Shown in pieces: positions 41,436 through 51,363 of a stretch of DNA of 63,349 bases (positions within the stretch are counted from its first letter, which is position 1; every line of letters begins with the position of its first letter). The stretch is taken from the NCBI GenBank assembly GCA_903880005.1, contig CAIRNV010000203.1, positions 1 through 63,349 of the forward strand, in the 5' to 3' direction. A program made the position numbers and the translations under genes. A model generated the notes under the pieces. The model saw only the letters and a list, made by a program, of their open reading frames with translations. It was not told the DNA's origin and searched no databases. The DNA is from an uncultured Verrucomicrobiota bacterium (GTDB lineage: Bacteria > Verrucomicrobiota > Verrucomicrobiia > Limisphaerales > UBA9464).

Positions 41436-44400
41436 ATGCCGCCTCGTCCAGAAGTTGCCGCCCCGCGTCCGCGCCGTGAGTTCAGGAAGCTCATGGCGGC
41501 CAACCGTTCCGAGATCGCCATCCGCATCTTCCGCGCGGCCACTGAGCTGGGCATCCCGACGGTGGCGGTGTTCGCGCAGGAGGACCGCTTCTGCATGCAT
41601 CGGTTCAAGGCCGACGAGGCCTACCTGGTGGGGCAGGGGAAGGGGCCCGTGGCGGCCTACCTGGACATGGACGGCATCGTGTCGCTGGCGAAGGCGCGCG
41701 GCGTGGACGCGATCCACCCTGGGTACGGCTTCCTGTCCGAGAACCCGGCGTTCGCGCGGGCGTGCGCGGCGGCGGGGATTGCGTTCGTGGGCCCGCGTCC
41801 GGAGCTGCTGGAGATGATGGGGGACAAGACGGCGGCGCGCGCGGTGGCGAAGCGGATTGGCGTGCCCGTGTTGGAGGGCACGGAGGAGCCGGTGACGGAC
41901 CGCGACGAGGCGTTGAAGGTGGCGCGCTCGATTGGGTTCCCGCTGATCATCAAGGCGGCCTTCGGCGGCGGCGGGCGGGGCATGCGGGTGGTGCACAAGG
42001 CCTCCGAGTTGTCCGGCTTGCTGGACGAGGCGCAGGCGGAGGCGGGGAGGGCGTTCGGCAACCCGGCGGTGTTCCTGGAGAAGTACATCCCGCGCGCCAA
42101 GCACATCGAGGTGCAGATCCTGGGCGACCAGCACGGCAACGTCATCCACTTGCACGAGCGCGACTGCTCGGTGCAACGGCGGCACCAGAAGGTGGTGGAG
42201 GTGGCGCCGAGCTACGGCCTGCCGCCCGGGGTGATCCGCGAGCTGTGCGAGGCGGCGGCCCGGATCGCGGGGGACATCCGCTACGACAACGCGGGCACGA
42301 TCGAGTTCCTGTACGACCTGGACCGGCACGAGTGGTTCTTCATCGAGATGAACCCGCGCATCCAGGTGGAGCACACGGTCACCGAGGAGATCACGGGGCT
42401 GGACCTGGTCCGGGCGCAGATCCGGATCGCCGAGGGGCACTCGTTGCACTCGCCGGAGGTGGGGATGCCGCGGCAGGAGGACGTGCCGCGAAACGGGTTT
42501 GCCATCCAGTGCCGCGTCACCACGGAGGACCCGGAGAACAAGTTCACGCCGGACTACGGCCGTCTGCTGGCGTATCGGTCGCCGGGCGGGTTTGGGATTC
42601 GACTGGACGGCGGGATGGGGCATTCCGGGGCGGTGATCACCCCGTTCTACGACTCGATGCTCGTGAAGGTGATCGCGAGCGGCCAGACGTACCACCTGGC
42701 CTGCGACCGGATGCACCGGGCGTTGTCCGAGTTCCGGATCCGTGGCGTGAAGACGAACATCCCGTTCCTCGAGAACGTGATTGGGAACGGGACGTTCCGG
42801 GACGGGCAGGCGACGACGACGTTGATCGACACGACGCCGGAGTTGTTTGCGTTCAAGCCCAAGAAGGACCGGGCGAGCAAGCTGCTGGGTTTCCTGGGCA
42901 ACGTCGTCGTCAACGGCAACCCGCATGCGAAGGGGTTCAAGCCGGCGCGTCCGTTCGACGTGCCCGTGGCGCCCAAGGCGGACCTGTCGTCGCCCATCCC
43001 CAAGGGCACGCGGGACCTCCTGCACGAGCTGGGGCCGCGTGGGTTCGCCGAATGGGTCTCCCGGCAACGGCGCTTGCTGGTGACGGACACGACGTTCCGC
43101 GACGCGCACCAGTCCCTGATGGCCACCCGCGTGCGCACCTACGACATGCTGGCGTGCGCGGATGCCATCGCCCGCCGCCTGGGCGACGTGAAGACGGGCC
43201 TCTTCTCGCTGGAGATGTGGGGCGGCGCGACGTTTGACACGACCATGCGGTTCCTTTGGGAGGATCCATGGGAGCGCTTGGCGCAACTGCGGGCGCGGAT
43301 CCCCAACATCTGCTTCCAGATGTTGTTCCGTGGATCCAACGCCGTCGGCTACTCCAACTACCCCGACAACGTCGTCGCCGGGTTCGTGCGCCACGCGGCC
43401 GCGTCCGGCATGGACATCTTCCGGATCTTTGACTCCCTCAACTACCTGCCCAACCTGCGCGTCGCGATGGAGGCGGTGCAGGGGACGCGGTCCCTGTGCG
43501 AGGCGGCGGTCTGCTACACGGGCGACATCCTCGACCCGGCCCGCGACAAGTATCCGCTGAAGTACTACGTCGGGATGGCGAAGGAGCTGGAGCGCATGGG
43601 GGCGCACATGCTCGCGATCAAGGACATGGCGGGCCTGTGCCGCCCCATGGCCGCGCGCAAGCTGGTCAAGGCGCTCAAGGACGAGGTCGGCATCCCCGTC
43701 CATTTCCACACGCACGACACCTCCGGCGTCCAGGCGGCGGCCGTCCTGCAAGCCAGCGACGCCGGCGTGGACGTCGTGGACCTCGCCATCGCGTCCATGT
43801 CGGGCAGCACCTCGCAGCCCAACCTCAACTCCATCGTGTGCGCCCTCGAGAACACGACGCGCGACACCAAGCTGGACCCGGGCGTCCTCGGGGAGCTTTC
43901 GGACTACTGGGAAAAGGTCCGCGAGACCTACGCGCCCTTCGACACCGCCCCCAAGACCGGGTCGGCGGAGGTGTACCTGCACGAGATGCCGGGCGGCCAG
44001 TACACCAACCTCAAGGAACAGGCCGCCAGCATGGGCGTGTCCCATCGGTGGCCCGAGATCGCGCGCACCTACGCCGAGGTGAACCAACTGTTCGGCGACA
44101 TCGTCAAGGTGACGCCGTCGTCCAAGGTCGTGGGCGACATGGCCTTGTTCTTGTTCAGCCGCGGCATCCGGCCGGCCGACGTCGTCAACCTCGAGCCCGG
44201 CGTCACCCCGTTCCCGGAGTCCGTCGTGGACATGTTGTCGGGCGGCCTCGGCTGGCCCCCCGGCGGATGGCCGGAGACCGTGTCCCGCGTCGTGCTGGGC
44301 GAGAAGCGCCATGCCGAGGCCCGTCGAAACTTCGAGCGCGGCGTCGTGCCGGGCTCCGTCGCCGTGCCCGCCGCCCTCGACAAGATCCGCGAGGAGGTGG

Positions 44401-44957
44401 CCTCCAAGACGCGGCGGCCCGCCTCCGACGACGACCTCTACTCCCACCTGATGTACCCGCAGGTCTTCGCGGACTTCGCGCGGCACCAACGCGACCACGG
44501 CGACGTCGCCGTCCTGCCCACCACGGCCTTCCTGTACGGACTGAGGCTGGGCGAGGAAATCAGCGTCAACATCCAGGAGGGCAAGACCCTCATCATCAAG
44601 CTCGTGACCGTGGGCGAACCCGACAAGGACGGCCGCCGCACCGTCGCCTTCGAGCTCAACGGCATCACCCGCGAGGCCTACATCACGGACAAGAGGGTCG
44701 CCCCCCAGGCCAAGGTCCGGCCCAAGGCGGACCTTGCAGACCCCACGCAGGTGGGCGCGCCCATCCCCGGCCTCGTCGCGGCGTTGTCGGCCACCGTCGG
44801 CCAGAAGGTCGCGAAGGGCGACAAGCTGCTCATGATGGAGGCGATGAAGATGCAAACCACGGTGACGTCCCCGGTCGATGGCGTCGTGGAGTCGGTCCAC
44901 GTCGCCTTGGGCGAGACCGTCGAGAGCAAGGACCTGCTCGTGAAGCTGAGGGCCTGA
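41436..44957 (+). CDS. pyc: Pyruvate carboxylase
   Basis: ANRSEIA, HPGYGFLSEN, RDAHQS, WGGATFD, KDMAG, HEMPGGQ, biotin site EAMKM. Confidence 0.98.
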   Translation: MPPRPEVAAPRPRREFRKLMAANRSEIAIRIFRAATELGIPTVAVFAQEDRFCMHRFKADEAYLVGQGKGPVAAYLDMDGIVSLAKARGVDAIHPGYGFLSENPAFARACAAAGIAFVGPRPELLEMMGDKTAARAVAKRIGVPVLEGTEEPVTDRDEALKVARSIGFPLIIKAAFGGGGRGMRVVHKASELSGLLDEAQAEAGRAFGNPAVFLEKYIPRAKHIEVQILGDQHGNVIHLHERDCSVQRRHQKVVEVAPSYGLPPGVIRELCEAAARIAGDIRYDNAGTIEFLYDLDRHEWFFIEMNPRIQVEHTVTEEITGLDLVRAQIRIAEGHSLHSPEVGMPRQEDVPRNGFAIQCRVTTEDPENKFTPDYGRLLAYRSPGGFGIRLDGGMGHSGAVITPFYDSMLVKVIASGQTYHLACDRMHRALSEFRIRGVKTNIPFLENVIGNGTFRDGQATTTLIDTTPELFAFKPKKDRASKLLGFLGNVVVNGNPHAKGFKPARPFDVPVAPKADLSSPIPKGTRDLLHELGPRGFAEWVSRQRRLLVTDTTFRDAHQSLMATRVRTYDMLACADAIARRLGDVKTGLFSLEMWGGATFDTTMRFLWEDPWERLAQLRARIPNICFQMLFRGSNAVGYSNYPDNVVAGFVRHAAASGMDIFRIFDSLNYLPNLRVAMEAVQGTRSLCEAAVCYTGDILDPARDKYPLKYYVGMAKELERMGAHMLAIKDMAGLCRPMAARKLVKALKDEVGIPVHFHTHDTSGVQAAAVLQASDAGVDVVDLAIASMSGSTSQPNLNSIVCALENTTRDTKLDPGVLGELSDYWEKVRETYAPFDTAPKTGSAEVYLHEMPGGQYTNLKEQAASMGVSHRWPEIARTYAEVNQLFGDIVKVTPSSKVVGDMALFLFSRGIRPADVVNLEPGVTPFPESVVDMLSGGLGWPPGGWPETVSRVVLGEKRHAEARRNFERGVVPGSVAVPAALDKIREEVASKTRRPASDDDLYSHLMYPQVFADFARHQRDHGDVAVLPTTAFLYGLRLGEEISVNIQEGKTLIIKLVTVGEPDKDGRRTVAFELNGITREAYITDKRVAPQAKVRPKADLADPTQVGAPIPGLVAALSATVGQKVAKGDKLLMMEAMKMQTTVTSPVDGVVESVHVALGETVESKDLLVKLRA

Positions 44958-44992
44958 GGGCCCGGGCGTGGCCGTTCATCGCGCGGCGATTC

Positions 44993-45196
44993 ATGGACTT
45001 CATCATCGCCAACGGCCAGAGGGAGGAGGTCCGGCTTCCCTGCACCATCGAGGCCTTCCTGGTCTCGCGCGGCCTCGCGCCGCGACACGTCGTCGTCGAG
45101 CACAACGGCGACGCCGTGCTGAATTGGGAGTTTGCCTCCCGCTCGCTGGCGTCCGGCGATCGGCTCGAGGTCGTCCGCATCGTTGCCGGCGGTTAG
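44993..45196 (+). CDS. thiS: Sulfur carrier protein ThiS
   Basis: 67 aa, VVVEHNG, GDRLEVVRIVAGG with C-terminal GG. Confidence 0.88.
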   Translation: MDFIIANGQREEVRLPCTIEAFLVSRGLAPRHVVVEHNGDAVLNWEFASRSLASGDRLEVVRIVAGG

Positions 45197-45370
45197 TCTG
45201 GCGCCTCCCATCCTTCTCGTGCGCTCACGAGCGTCGTGACGGGCGGGGACCCGTCCCGGCGTGGGCCCATCGCCAGGACCGATGCAACGCGATGGTCTCG
45301 CCGGGGCGAACGCGCCCCGCTTTTCGCCGGTTGCCAACCTCTGATGGCATTGGGTTCAGTCGTTGGAGGC

Positions 45371-45844
45371 ATGTTGGACAAGAAGCGGGTGATCGAGGGG
45401 GTGACGGCACGACTGGAGGCGGACGTCGCCTTGTACCTCCGCGCGGCACGAACGGCGGCGGCGGAGGCGACGGACGAGCAAAGCAAGGCCGAGAACAAGT
45501 ACGACACGCGCGGCCTCGAGGCCTCGTACCTCGCGCGCGGCCAATCGCGCCAGGCGGCGGAGGCGGAGCGCGCCGTGGCCGTGTTTCGGGGGTGGTTGGC
45601 CCGCGTGCCGGAGGCGGGCCCCGTGGTGGCGGAGGGAACCTTGACCTGCCTGGCGCAAGGACGATCCAAGGCGTGGTACCTCGTGGCGCCCTGCGCCGGC
45701 GGCACCGAGTTGGAGTGCGATGGCGTCGAGGTGACCGTCATCACGCCCTCCTCGCCCCTGGGCAGGCTCTTGGTGGGGCGCAAGACCGGTGACGGGGTCG
45801 TGCTCCCGTCCGGCGCCGAGGCCCGCATCCGGGAGTTGGGCTGA
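45371..45844 (+). CDS. GreA/GreB family-like protein
   Basis: KAENKYDTRGLEASYLARGQ coil tip, ITPSSPLGRLLVG C-terminal domain. Confidence 0.8.
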   Translation: MLDKKRVIEGVTARLEADVALYLRAARTAAAEATDEQSKAENKYDTRGLEASYLARGQSRQAAEAERAVAVFRGWLARVPEAGPVVAEGTLTCLAQGRSKAWYLVAPCAGGTELECDGVEVTVITPSSPLGRLLVGRKTGDGVVLPSGAEARIRELG

Positions 45845-45939
45845 CCTCGCGTCGCCCAAATGCGCTGTAACCCGCGCGGCTTCCGGCAAGTCTGCTCCAC
45901 CAAGCAGTTCATTTCATCGCAACGAAAGACCCTAATCCT

Positions 45940-46503
45940 ATGAAGTCACTCGTACGCATCCTTTCGATGGCCATCCTTGGAGTGGTGGTGTCGTCCCATG
46001 TCCTCGCCCAAGACGGCAACGCCGACAACGCCGGCGGCGGCGGCGGTCGTCGCAACCGCGGCGGCCAGGGCGGCGGCCCTGGCGGTCCCGGTGGTGGGAA
46101 CTGGGATCCCGCCCAGATGCGCCAACGCATGATGGAACGCATGCGCGAGCAATTTGCCGTGAAGGACGACGCCGAGTGGAAGCTGATCTCCGATCGCATC
46201 GAGAAGGTCAATGACGCCCGCCGCGAGTCCATGATGCGCGGCATGGGCATGATGTTTGGCGGCGGGCGCGGCGGCCGGGGCCCAGGCGGGCAGGGGGGTG
46301 GAGAGGCCATGCCGGAGCAGGAGGCCCTCCAGAAGGCGATCGAGGCCAACGCCTCGGCCGACGAGATCAAGTCCAAGCTGGGCAAGTATCGCGAGGCCTT
46401 GAAGGCCAAGGAGGCCAAGCTGACCAAGGCCCAGGACGAGTTGCGCGAGGTTCTTTCCGCCAAGCAGGAGGCCCAGGCCGTCCTGATGGGCCTGCTCAAG
46501 TAA
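45940..46503 (+). CDS. Exported Gly-rich helical hypothetical protein, first gene of the T2SS cluster
   Basis: Signal peptide (VLA|Q), Gly-rich segments, coiled C-terminus LREVLSAKQEA. Confidence 0.8.
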   Translation: MKSLVRILSMAILGVVVSSHVLAQDGNADNAGGGGGRRNRGGQGGGPGGPGGGNWDPAQMRQRMMERMREQFAVKDDAEWKLISDRIEKVNDARRESMMRGMGMMFGGGRGGRGPGGQGGGEAMPEQEALQKAIEANASADEIKSKLGKYREALKAKEAKLTKAQDELREVLSAKQEAQAVLMGLLK

Positions 46504-46573
46504 GGATGTCGTCGTTGCCTCCATCCTGACGCCATCCTTGGGGGCGCCTTGGCGCCCCCCTTTCCTTCACCCC

Positions 46574-48340
46574 ATGGCCGCCGACAACACCCTCGACGCA
46601 CTCCTCGGGCGCATGGTCGCCGAACGGCAGTTGTCGGCAGCCGACGCCGAGCAGTACCGGTCTTCGCCGTCTTCCGTGGCCGGCGCGGACCCTGCCGAGC
46701 CCGACGTGCTTCGCTGGCTGGCCGCCGAGTACGCGGTTGGTTTCGACACGCTCGACGCCATCGACCCCGAGAAGGATCTACTGGGCCACTTCCCGGCTCG
46801 AATCCTCCTGCGCGAGGAATTGCTTCCCCTCCGGCAGTCCAACGGCCACGTCGAGGTCGCCACGGCCCGCCTCTTTGCCACGCAGGGCCTTGATGCGCTG
46901 CGTTCGTTGACCGGCCTTCGCCTCCAGCCCGTCCTCGCGCCGCGCGAGGCCATCCAGCGGGAGATGAAGAAGCATCTCGGCATCGGCGCCGACACGCTGG
47001 GCACGCTCGAGGAGGAGTCGGGCCTTCAGGTCGTGGACGAGGAGGGCGTGGGCGACACCGACCTCGACAACGCGGCCGAGGACGCGTCGATCATCCGGTT
47101 CGTGAACCAGGTGTTGCGTGACGCGATCGAGCTTCGCGCCTCGGACATCCACCTGGAACCCTTCGAGACCGAGCTTCGCATCCGGTACCGCATCGACGGC
47201 GTGTTGCAGGAGGTGCCCGTCCCGGCGCAGATCAAGCGTTTCCAGCCCGCCATCGTCTCGCGCGTCAAGATCCTCTCCCACCTCAACATCGCCGAGAAGC
47301 GGCTCCCCCAGGACGGCCGCATCAAGATCCGCATCGACGACGCCGAGGTGGACATCCGCGTCTCCGTCATCCCCATGCTCCACGGCGAGGCCGTGGTCAT
47401 GCGCTTGCTGCGCCAGAACTCGACCCTCCGTGGGATGGGCGAGCTCGGTTTGTCCGCGCGGGACCTCAAGAGCTTCCGCCGCGTCCTCGCGCTGCCGCAC
47501 GGGATCATCCTCGTCACGGGACCCACGGGCTCCGGCAAGACCTCGACGCTGTACACCGCGCTCAACGCCATCAACGACGCCGACACCAAGATCATCACGA
47601 TCGAGGACCCCATCGAGTACCAGCTCAAGGGCGTGAACCAAATCCAGGTGTCCGAGAAGTCCGGCCTCACCTTCGCCCGCGGCCTTCGCGCCATCCTGCG
47701 CCACGACCCCGACGTGCTGCTCATCGGCGAGATCCGGGACCAGGAGACGGCGCAGATCGCCGTGCAGGCCTCGCTGACCGGCCACTTGGTCTTCTCCACC
47801 CTGCACACCAACGACGCCCCGGGAGCCCTGACGCGGCTCGTGGACATGGGCGTCGAGCCCTATCTCGTGGCCTCGTCGCTCGAGGCCGTCCTTGCCCAGC
47901 GTCTAGTCCGTGTCCTGTGCCCGCATTGCCGCCAGCCGGACTCTTCGCCCGCCGCCGACGCGCTGCGTGCCGAGCTTCGGATGCCGGCGAGCCAAGTGCT
48001 GTACAAGGCCGTGGGCTGCCGTGAATGCCGCCAAACCGGCTATCACGGCCGACGCGCGATCTTCGAGTGGATGGACACCACCCCGGAAATCCGCCGCCTC
48101 ATCCTCAAGAACGCCTCGTCCGGCGAGATTCGTGAATCCGCCCGCCGCGCCGGCATGCGGTCGTTGTCCGAGGACGGTTGGCGCCTCGTGGCGGAGGGCA
48201 TCACGACGCCGGAGGAGGTCTTGCGCGTCACCAAGGACCAGTCCTCGGAGGAGGAGGAGGAACGCACGGCCGGGCAGGCCATGGCCACCGAGGCGGTGGT
48301 GGCGGGCGGGGCACCCCACTCATCCGGCGGGGCAACCTGA
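46574..48340 (+). CDS. gspE: T2SS ATPase GspE
   Basis: ASDIHLEP, RLPQDGR, GPTGSGKT, EDPIEY, GEIRD, STLHTND, CPHC...CREC. Confidence 0.95.
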   Translation: MAADNTLDALLGRMVAERQLSAADAEQYRSSPSSVAGADPAEPDVLRWLAAEYAVGFDTLDAIDPEKDLLGHFPARILLREELLPLRQSNGHVEVATARLFATQGLDALRSLTGLRLQPVLAPREAIQREMKKHLGIGADTLGTLEEESGLQVVDEEGVGDTDLDNAAEDASIIRFVNQVLRDAIELRASDIHLEPFETELRIRYRIDGVLQEVPVPAQIKRFQPAIVSRVKILSHLNIAEKRLPQDGRIKIRIDDAEVDIRVSVIPMLHGEAVVMRLLRQNSTLRGMGELGLSARDLKSFRRVLALPHGIILVTGPTGSGKTSTLYTALNAINDADTKIITIEDPIEYQLKGVNQIQVSEKSGLTFARGLRAILRHDPDVLLIGEIRDQETAQIAVQASLTGHLVFSTLHTNDAPGALTRLVDMGVEPYLVASSLEAVLAQRLVRVLCPHCRQPDSSPAADALRAELRMPASQVLYKAVGCRECRQTGYHGRRAIFEWMDTTPEIRRLILKNASSGEIRESARRAGMRSLSEDGWRLVAEGITTPEEVLRVTKDQSSEEEEERTAGQAMATEAVVAGGAPHSSGGAT

Positions 48341-48346
48341 CGTCGC

Positions 48347-49804
48347 ATGGCCTCGTTCCATTATCGCGCGTTGCAGGCCGACGGGTCGGTTGCGGAAGGG
48401 CAACTGGACGCGGCGGACCGGCGCGAGGCTTTGCGCGTGATCGCGGCGAAGGGGATGAGGCCAGTAAGGCTCACCGATGCGGGTGCTTCCGCGTCGGCGC
48501 CCGTGCTTCCGGCGCGGGCCGTGGCTCCGAAGGCTGGGGCGGCCTCGGGTTCGGGTCCTGCGTCGTCCAAGGGCCTCGCAACGGCCACCGGGGCGCCCAG
48601 TCCCACCGGCGCCGTTCGGAGTCCTGTAGTTGCCGGTTCGGGCCGCGTTGCCAGCCGTCCTGCGTCCAGGCCCGTAGCGCGGCCGACGCCTGCGCCCAAG
48701 GCGGCGAAGGCGGCTTCCAAGGCGGACGCGCCAGGGGGCGGGCTGAAGCTGTCGTTGGGCGGCGACCGGATCACGCCGCGGGTGCTGGAGAACTTCACGC
48801 GCCTGCTTTCGAGCCTGCTCGCGGCGGGCGTCCCGTTGAGCCGCGCGCTCGTGATCCTGATGCGCGAGGCCGCCTCGCCGGTGGCCGGGGCGCAATGGAA
48901 GCAGGTGCACGACGCCGTGGTGGACGGACTGTCGCTGGCGGAGGCGATGGGTCGTTCGCCCCAGACGTTCCCGCGGGTGTACGTGGCGATGGTGGAGGCG
49001 GGGGAGACGGGCGGGTTCCTGGATGTCGTGCTGGGGCAGATCGCGGACTTCCAGGCGCGGGAGAAGGAGATGCGTGGCAAGGTCATGACGGCGCTCCTGT
49101 ACCCGGTGATCCTGCTGTTCCTTGCGATCGGCGTGCTGGTGTTCCTGCTCGTGTTCTTCATTCCCCGTTTCCAGGGGATCTTCTCCGGCTTTGGCGCTGA
49201 ATTGCCGTTGATCACGCAGGTCATCGTGGGCACGAGCGAGGTGTTGCGCACGTGGGGGATCCTGCTCCTCGTGGCGCTCGGCGTCGGCGGGTATTCCCTC
49301 CGAACGTGGCTGGTATCGGAGGCGGGGCGGCGCGTGTGGGAGGGCTTCATCCTCAGGGCGCCCGTGGTGGGGCCGCTGGTGGCCCAGTTCTCGATGTCGC
49401 GCTTTTGCCGGATGCTGGGGACGCTGCTGGGTGCCGGCGTCCCCTTGGTCAACGCGCTCAACGTCGCCCGACGTTCCATTGGCAACCAGATCCTCGTCGA
49501 TGCGGTCGCCAACTCCATCGAGCGCGTGAAGGAAGGCAAGCAACTGGGGCCGAGCCTCGGCGATTGCCGTGACCTCTTCTCCGGCTCCACCCTTGAGATG
49601 ATCTCCGTCGCCGAGGAGTCCGGTCGCCTTGACACCGAGCTGGTCCGCATCGCGAACGTGACCGAGGGCGACCTCGACCGTCAGCTACGCACGGCCGTGG
49701 CCCTGGCCGAGCCGCTGATGCTGTTCTTCATCGCCGGCTTCATCGGCTTCATCTTCATCGGCATGGTCATCCCGATCTTTTCCCTTCAAGACCACATCAA
49801 GTAG
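48347..49804 (+). CDS. gspF: T2SS inner-membrane platform protein GspF
   Basis: LLAAGVPL, AGETGG, LLYP, AEESGRLD, AEPLM; long Ala/Pro insert near the N-terminus. Confidence 0.93.
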   Translation: MASFHYRALQADGSVAEGQLDAADRREALRVIAAKGMRPVRLTDAGASASAPVLPARAVAPKAGAASGSGPASSKGLATATGAPSPTGAVRSPVVAGSGRVASRPASRPVARPTPAPKAAKAASKADAPGGGLKLSLGGDRITPRVLENFTRLLSSLLAAGVPLSRALVILMREAASPVAGAQWKQVHDAVVDGLSLAEAMGRSPQTFPRVYVAMVEAGETGGFLDVVLGQIADFQAREKEMRGKVMTALLYPVILLFLAIGVLVFLLVFFIPRFQGIFSGFGAELPLITQVIVGTSEVLRTWGILLLVALGVGGYSLRTWLVSEAGRRVWEGFILRAPVVGPLVAQFSMSRFCRMLGTLLGAGVPLVNALNVARRSIGNQILVDAVANSIERVKEGKQLGPSLGDCRDLFSGSTLEMISVAEESGRLDTELVRIANVTEGDLDRQLRTAVALAEPLMLFFIAGFIGFIFIGMVIPIFSLQDHIK

Positions 49805-49818
49805 GCAATCCTGATCCC

Positions 49819-50271
49819 ATGAACGTCATGCACCTGTCGTCCCGTTCCCGCCTTGGAGCCGCGCGTCACGCGGGCTTCACCCTCATTGAGCTCCTCCTCG
49901 TGCTGGTCATCCTCGGCATCTTGGCCGCGATCGTCGTGCCCAAGTTCTCCGGCCGCACGGAGCAGGCCCGCACCACGGCCGCCGCGTCGCAGATCGCGAC
50001 CTTCGGCACGGCACTGGACGCCTTTGAGGTGGACATGGGCTACTATCCAAAGGGGCGGAACGGCCTCAAGGAGCTGGTGGACACCCCGCGCGATTCGTTG
50101 AAGTGGAAGGGCCCCTACATGAAGAACGCCATCCCCCAGGACCCTTGGGACCAGGATTACGTTTACGAGTGCCCCGGGAAGCACAACCCCTCTTCCTACG
50201 ACCTCTACTCCGTCGGGCCCGATGGCCGTGCAGGGTCGGAGGACGACGTGACCAACTGGGCGAAGAAGTAG
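49819..50271 (+). CDS. gspG: Major pseudopilin GspG
   Basis: G|FTLIELL, WKGPY, DPW...Y.Y..PG, YDLYSVGPDG. Confidence 0.96.
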   Translation: MNVMHLSSRSRLGAARHAGFTLIELLLVLVILGILAAIVVPKFSGRTEQARTTAAASQIATFGTALDAFEVDMGYYPKGRNGLKELVDTPRDSLKWKGPYMKNAIPQDPWDQDYVYECPGKHNPSSYDLYSVGPDGRAGSEDDVTNWAKK

Positions 50272-50330
50272 GCCGGAAGGACGCGGTGCGGTCAGCACCA
50301 TGGCCCGCCGCCATTCCCGGCATCCCCCGC

Positions 50331-50993
50331 TTGAACGCCTCGCATTCCAGCAACCCCAGCGTCCCGGGCGTGGCGTTCACCTTGATTGAGCTGTTGCTCG
50401 TCATGGCGCTCCTGACCGTCGTCATGGCCCTCGTGTCGCCGTCGCTGGGGCCGTTCCTCCGGGGGCGGTCGCTGGGGTACGAGGTTCGCCGGTTCATCAA
50501 CCTGACGCACCTCGCCCAGTCGCGAGCCGCCCACGAGGGCGTGCCCATGCGTCTCTGGGTCGATCCGGACCTGCGGATGTATGGGATGGACCCGGAGTTT
50601 TCGCTCGAGGCCACGACGTCCACCACCACGCCGATCCCTGGCCAGCAGCAACCCGCTTCCGGCGGCCGTTCCATCGCGTACCCGCTGGCGTCGGATGTCC
50701 AGGTGGAGGCCGACCCGCGTTCCTGGGCTTCCATGTCGGGGAACACGTTCGCCCTCCAGTTCCGATGGGCCGCCGGACAGGGTGCCTTCGCGCAGGGACG
50801 CCGCATCACGTTCCGGTTCACGCCGGATGGTTCCATCGACGAAACGTCGCCGTGGGGGATTTGGTTCCGGAGCGACCGCGACCCCAGCTCCCGCCAAGCA
50901 GTCCGGCCTGGCGACGAGGTTTACGTGTCGCAGAACTACGCCCGTACCCGCTATGAGGTGCAGACGAACCAGCTTGCGATCCCGGTTCGCTAG
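50331..50993 (+). CDS. gspH: Minor pseudopilin GspH-like
   Basis: A|FTLIELLL prepilin motif, FRFTPDG; TTG start at 50331 or GTG at 50286. Confidence 0.75.
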   Translation: MNASHSSNPSVPGVAFTLIELLLVMALLTVVMALVSPSLGPFLRGRSLGYEVRRFINLTHLAQSRAAHEGVPMRLWVDPDLRMYGMDPEFSLEATTSTTTPIPGQQQPASGGRSIAYPLASDVQVEADPRSWASMSGNTFALQFRWAAGQGAFAQGRRITFRFTPDGSIDETSPWGIWFRSDRDPSSRQAVRPGDEVYVSQNYARTRYEVQTNQLAIPVR

Positions 50994-51363
50994 CGATGGG
51001 GCGGACCGGCGGGGTTTTACCCTGGCCGAGACCCTGGCCGCGCTCGCCTTCGTGGCGGTCGTGATCCCTGTCGCCGTGCATGGGGTGCGAATCGCCAACC
51101 TCGCCGCCCAGGTGGCCGATCGGCAGCTCGTTGCGATGCGCGTGGCGGATCGTGTCCTCAACGAGATCATCGCCACGGGGCGTTGGAACACCGCGGGCTC
51201 AGGGAGCGTCCAGGAGGGGCGTCACACTTTCGCGTGGCGTTCGCAGTCGGTCTCGTGGCAGCGGGCGACGCTTCGCGAGTTGACCGTCTCCGTCACCTTC
51301 AACGTCCAGGGGGTCGAAAGGGTGGCGAGGGCCTCGACCGTCGTGGATTCCGCCCAGCCATGA
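50953..51363 (+). CDS. gspI: Minor pseudopilin GspI-like
   Basis: G|FTLAETL, short protein, operon position. Confidence 0.75.
   Translation: MRCRRTSLRSRFASDGADRRGFTLAETLAALAFVAVVIPVAVHGVRIANLAAQVADRQLVAMRVADRVLNEIIATGRWNTAGSGSVQEGRHTFAWRSQSVSWQRATLRELTVSVTFNVQGVERVARASTVVDSAQP

Noticed and set aside
40143-44957. Apparent giant overlapping ORFs (1604 aa on +, 1484 aa on -)
   Set aside because: Each is a real gene (pyc from 41436; exonuclease from 41333) extended by a stop-free antisense frame of the other; not a fusion
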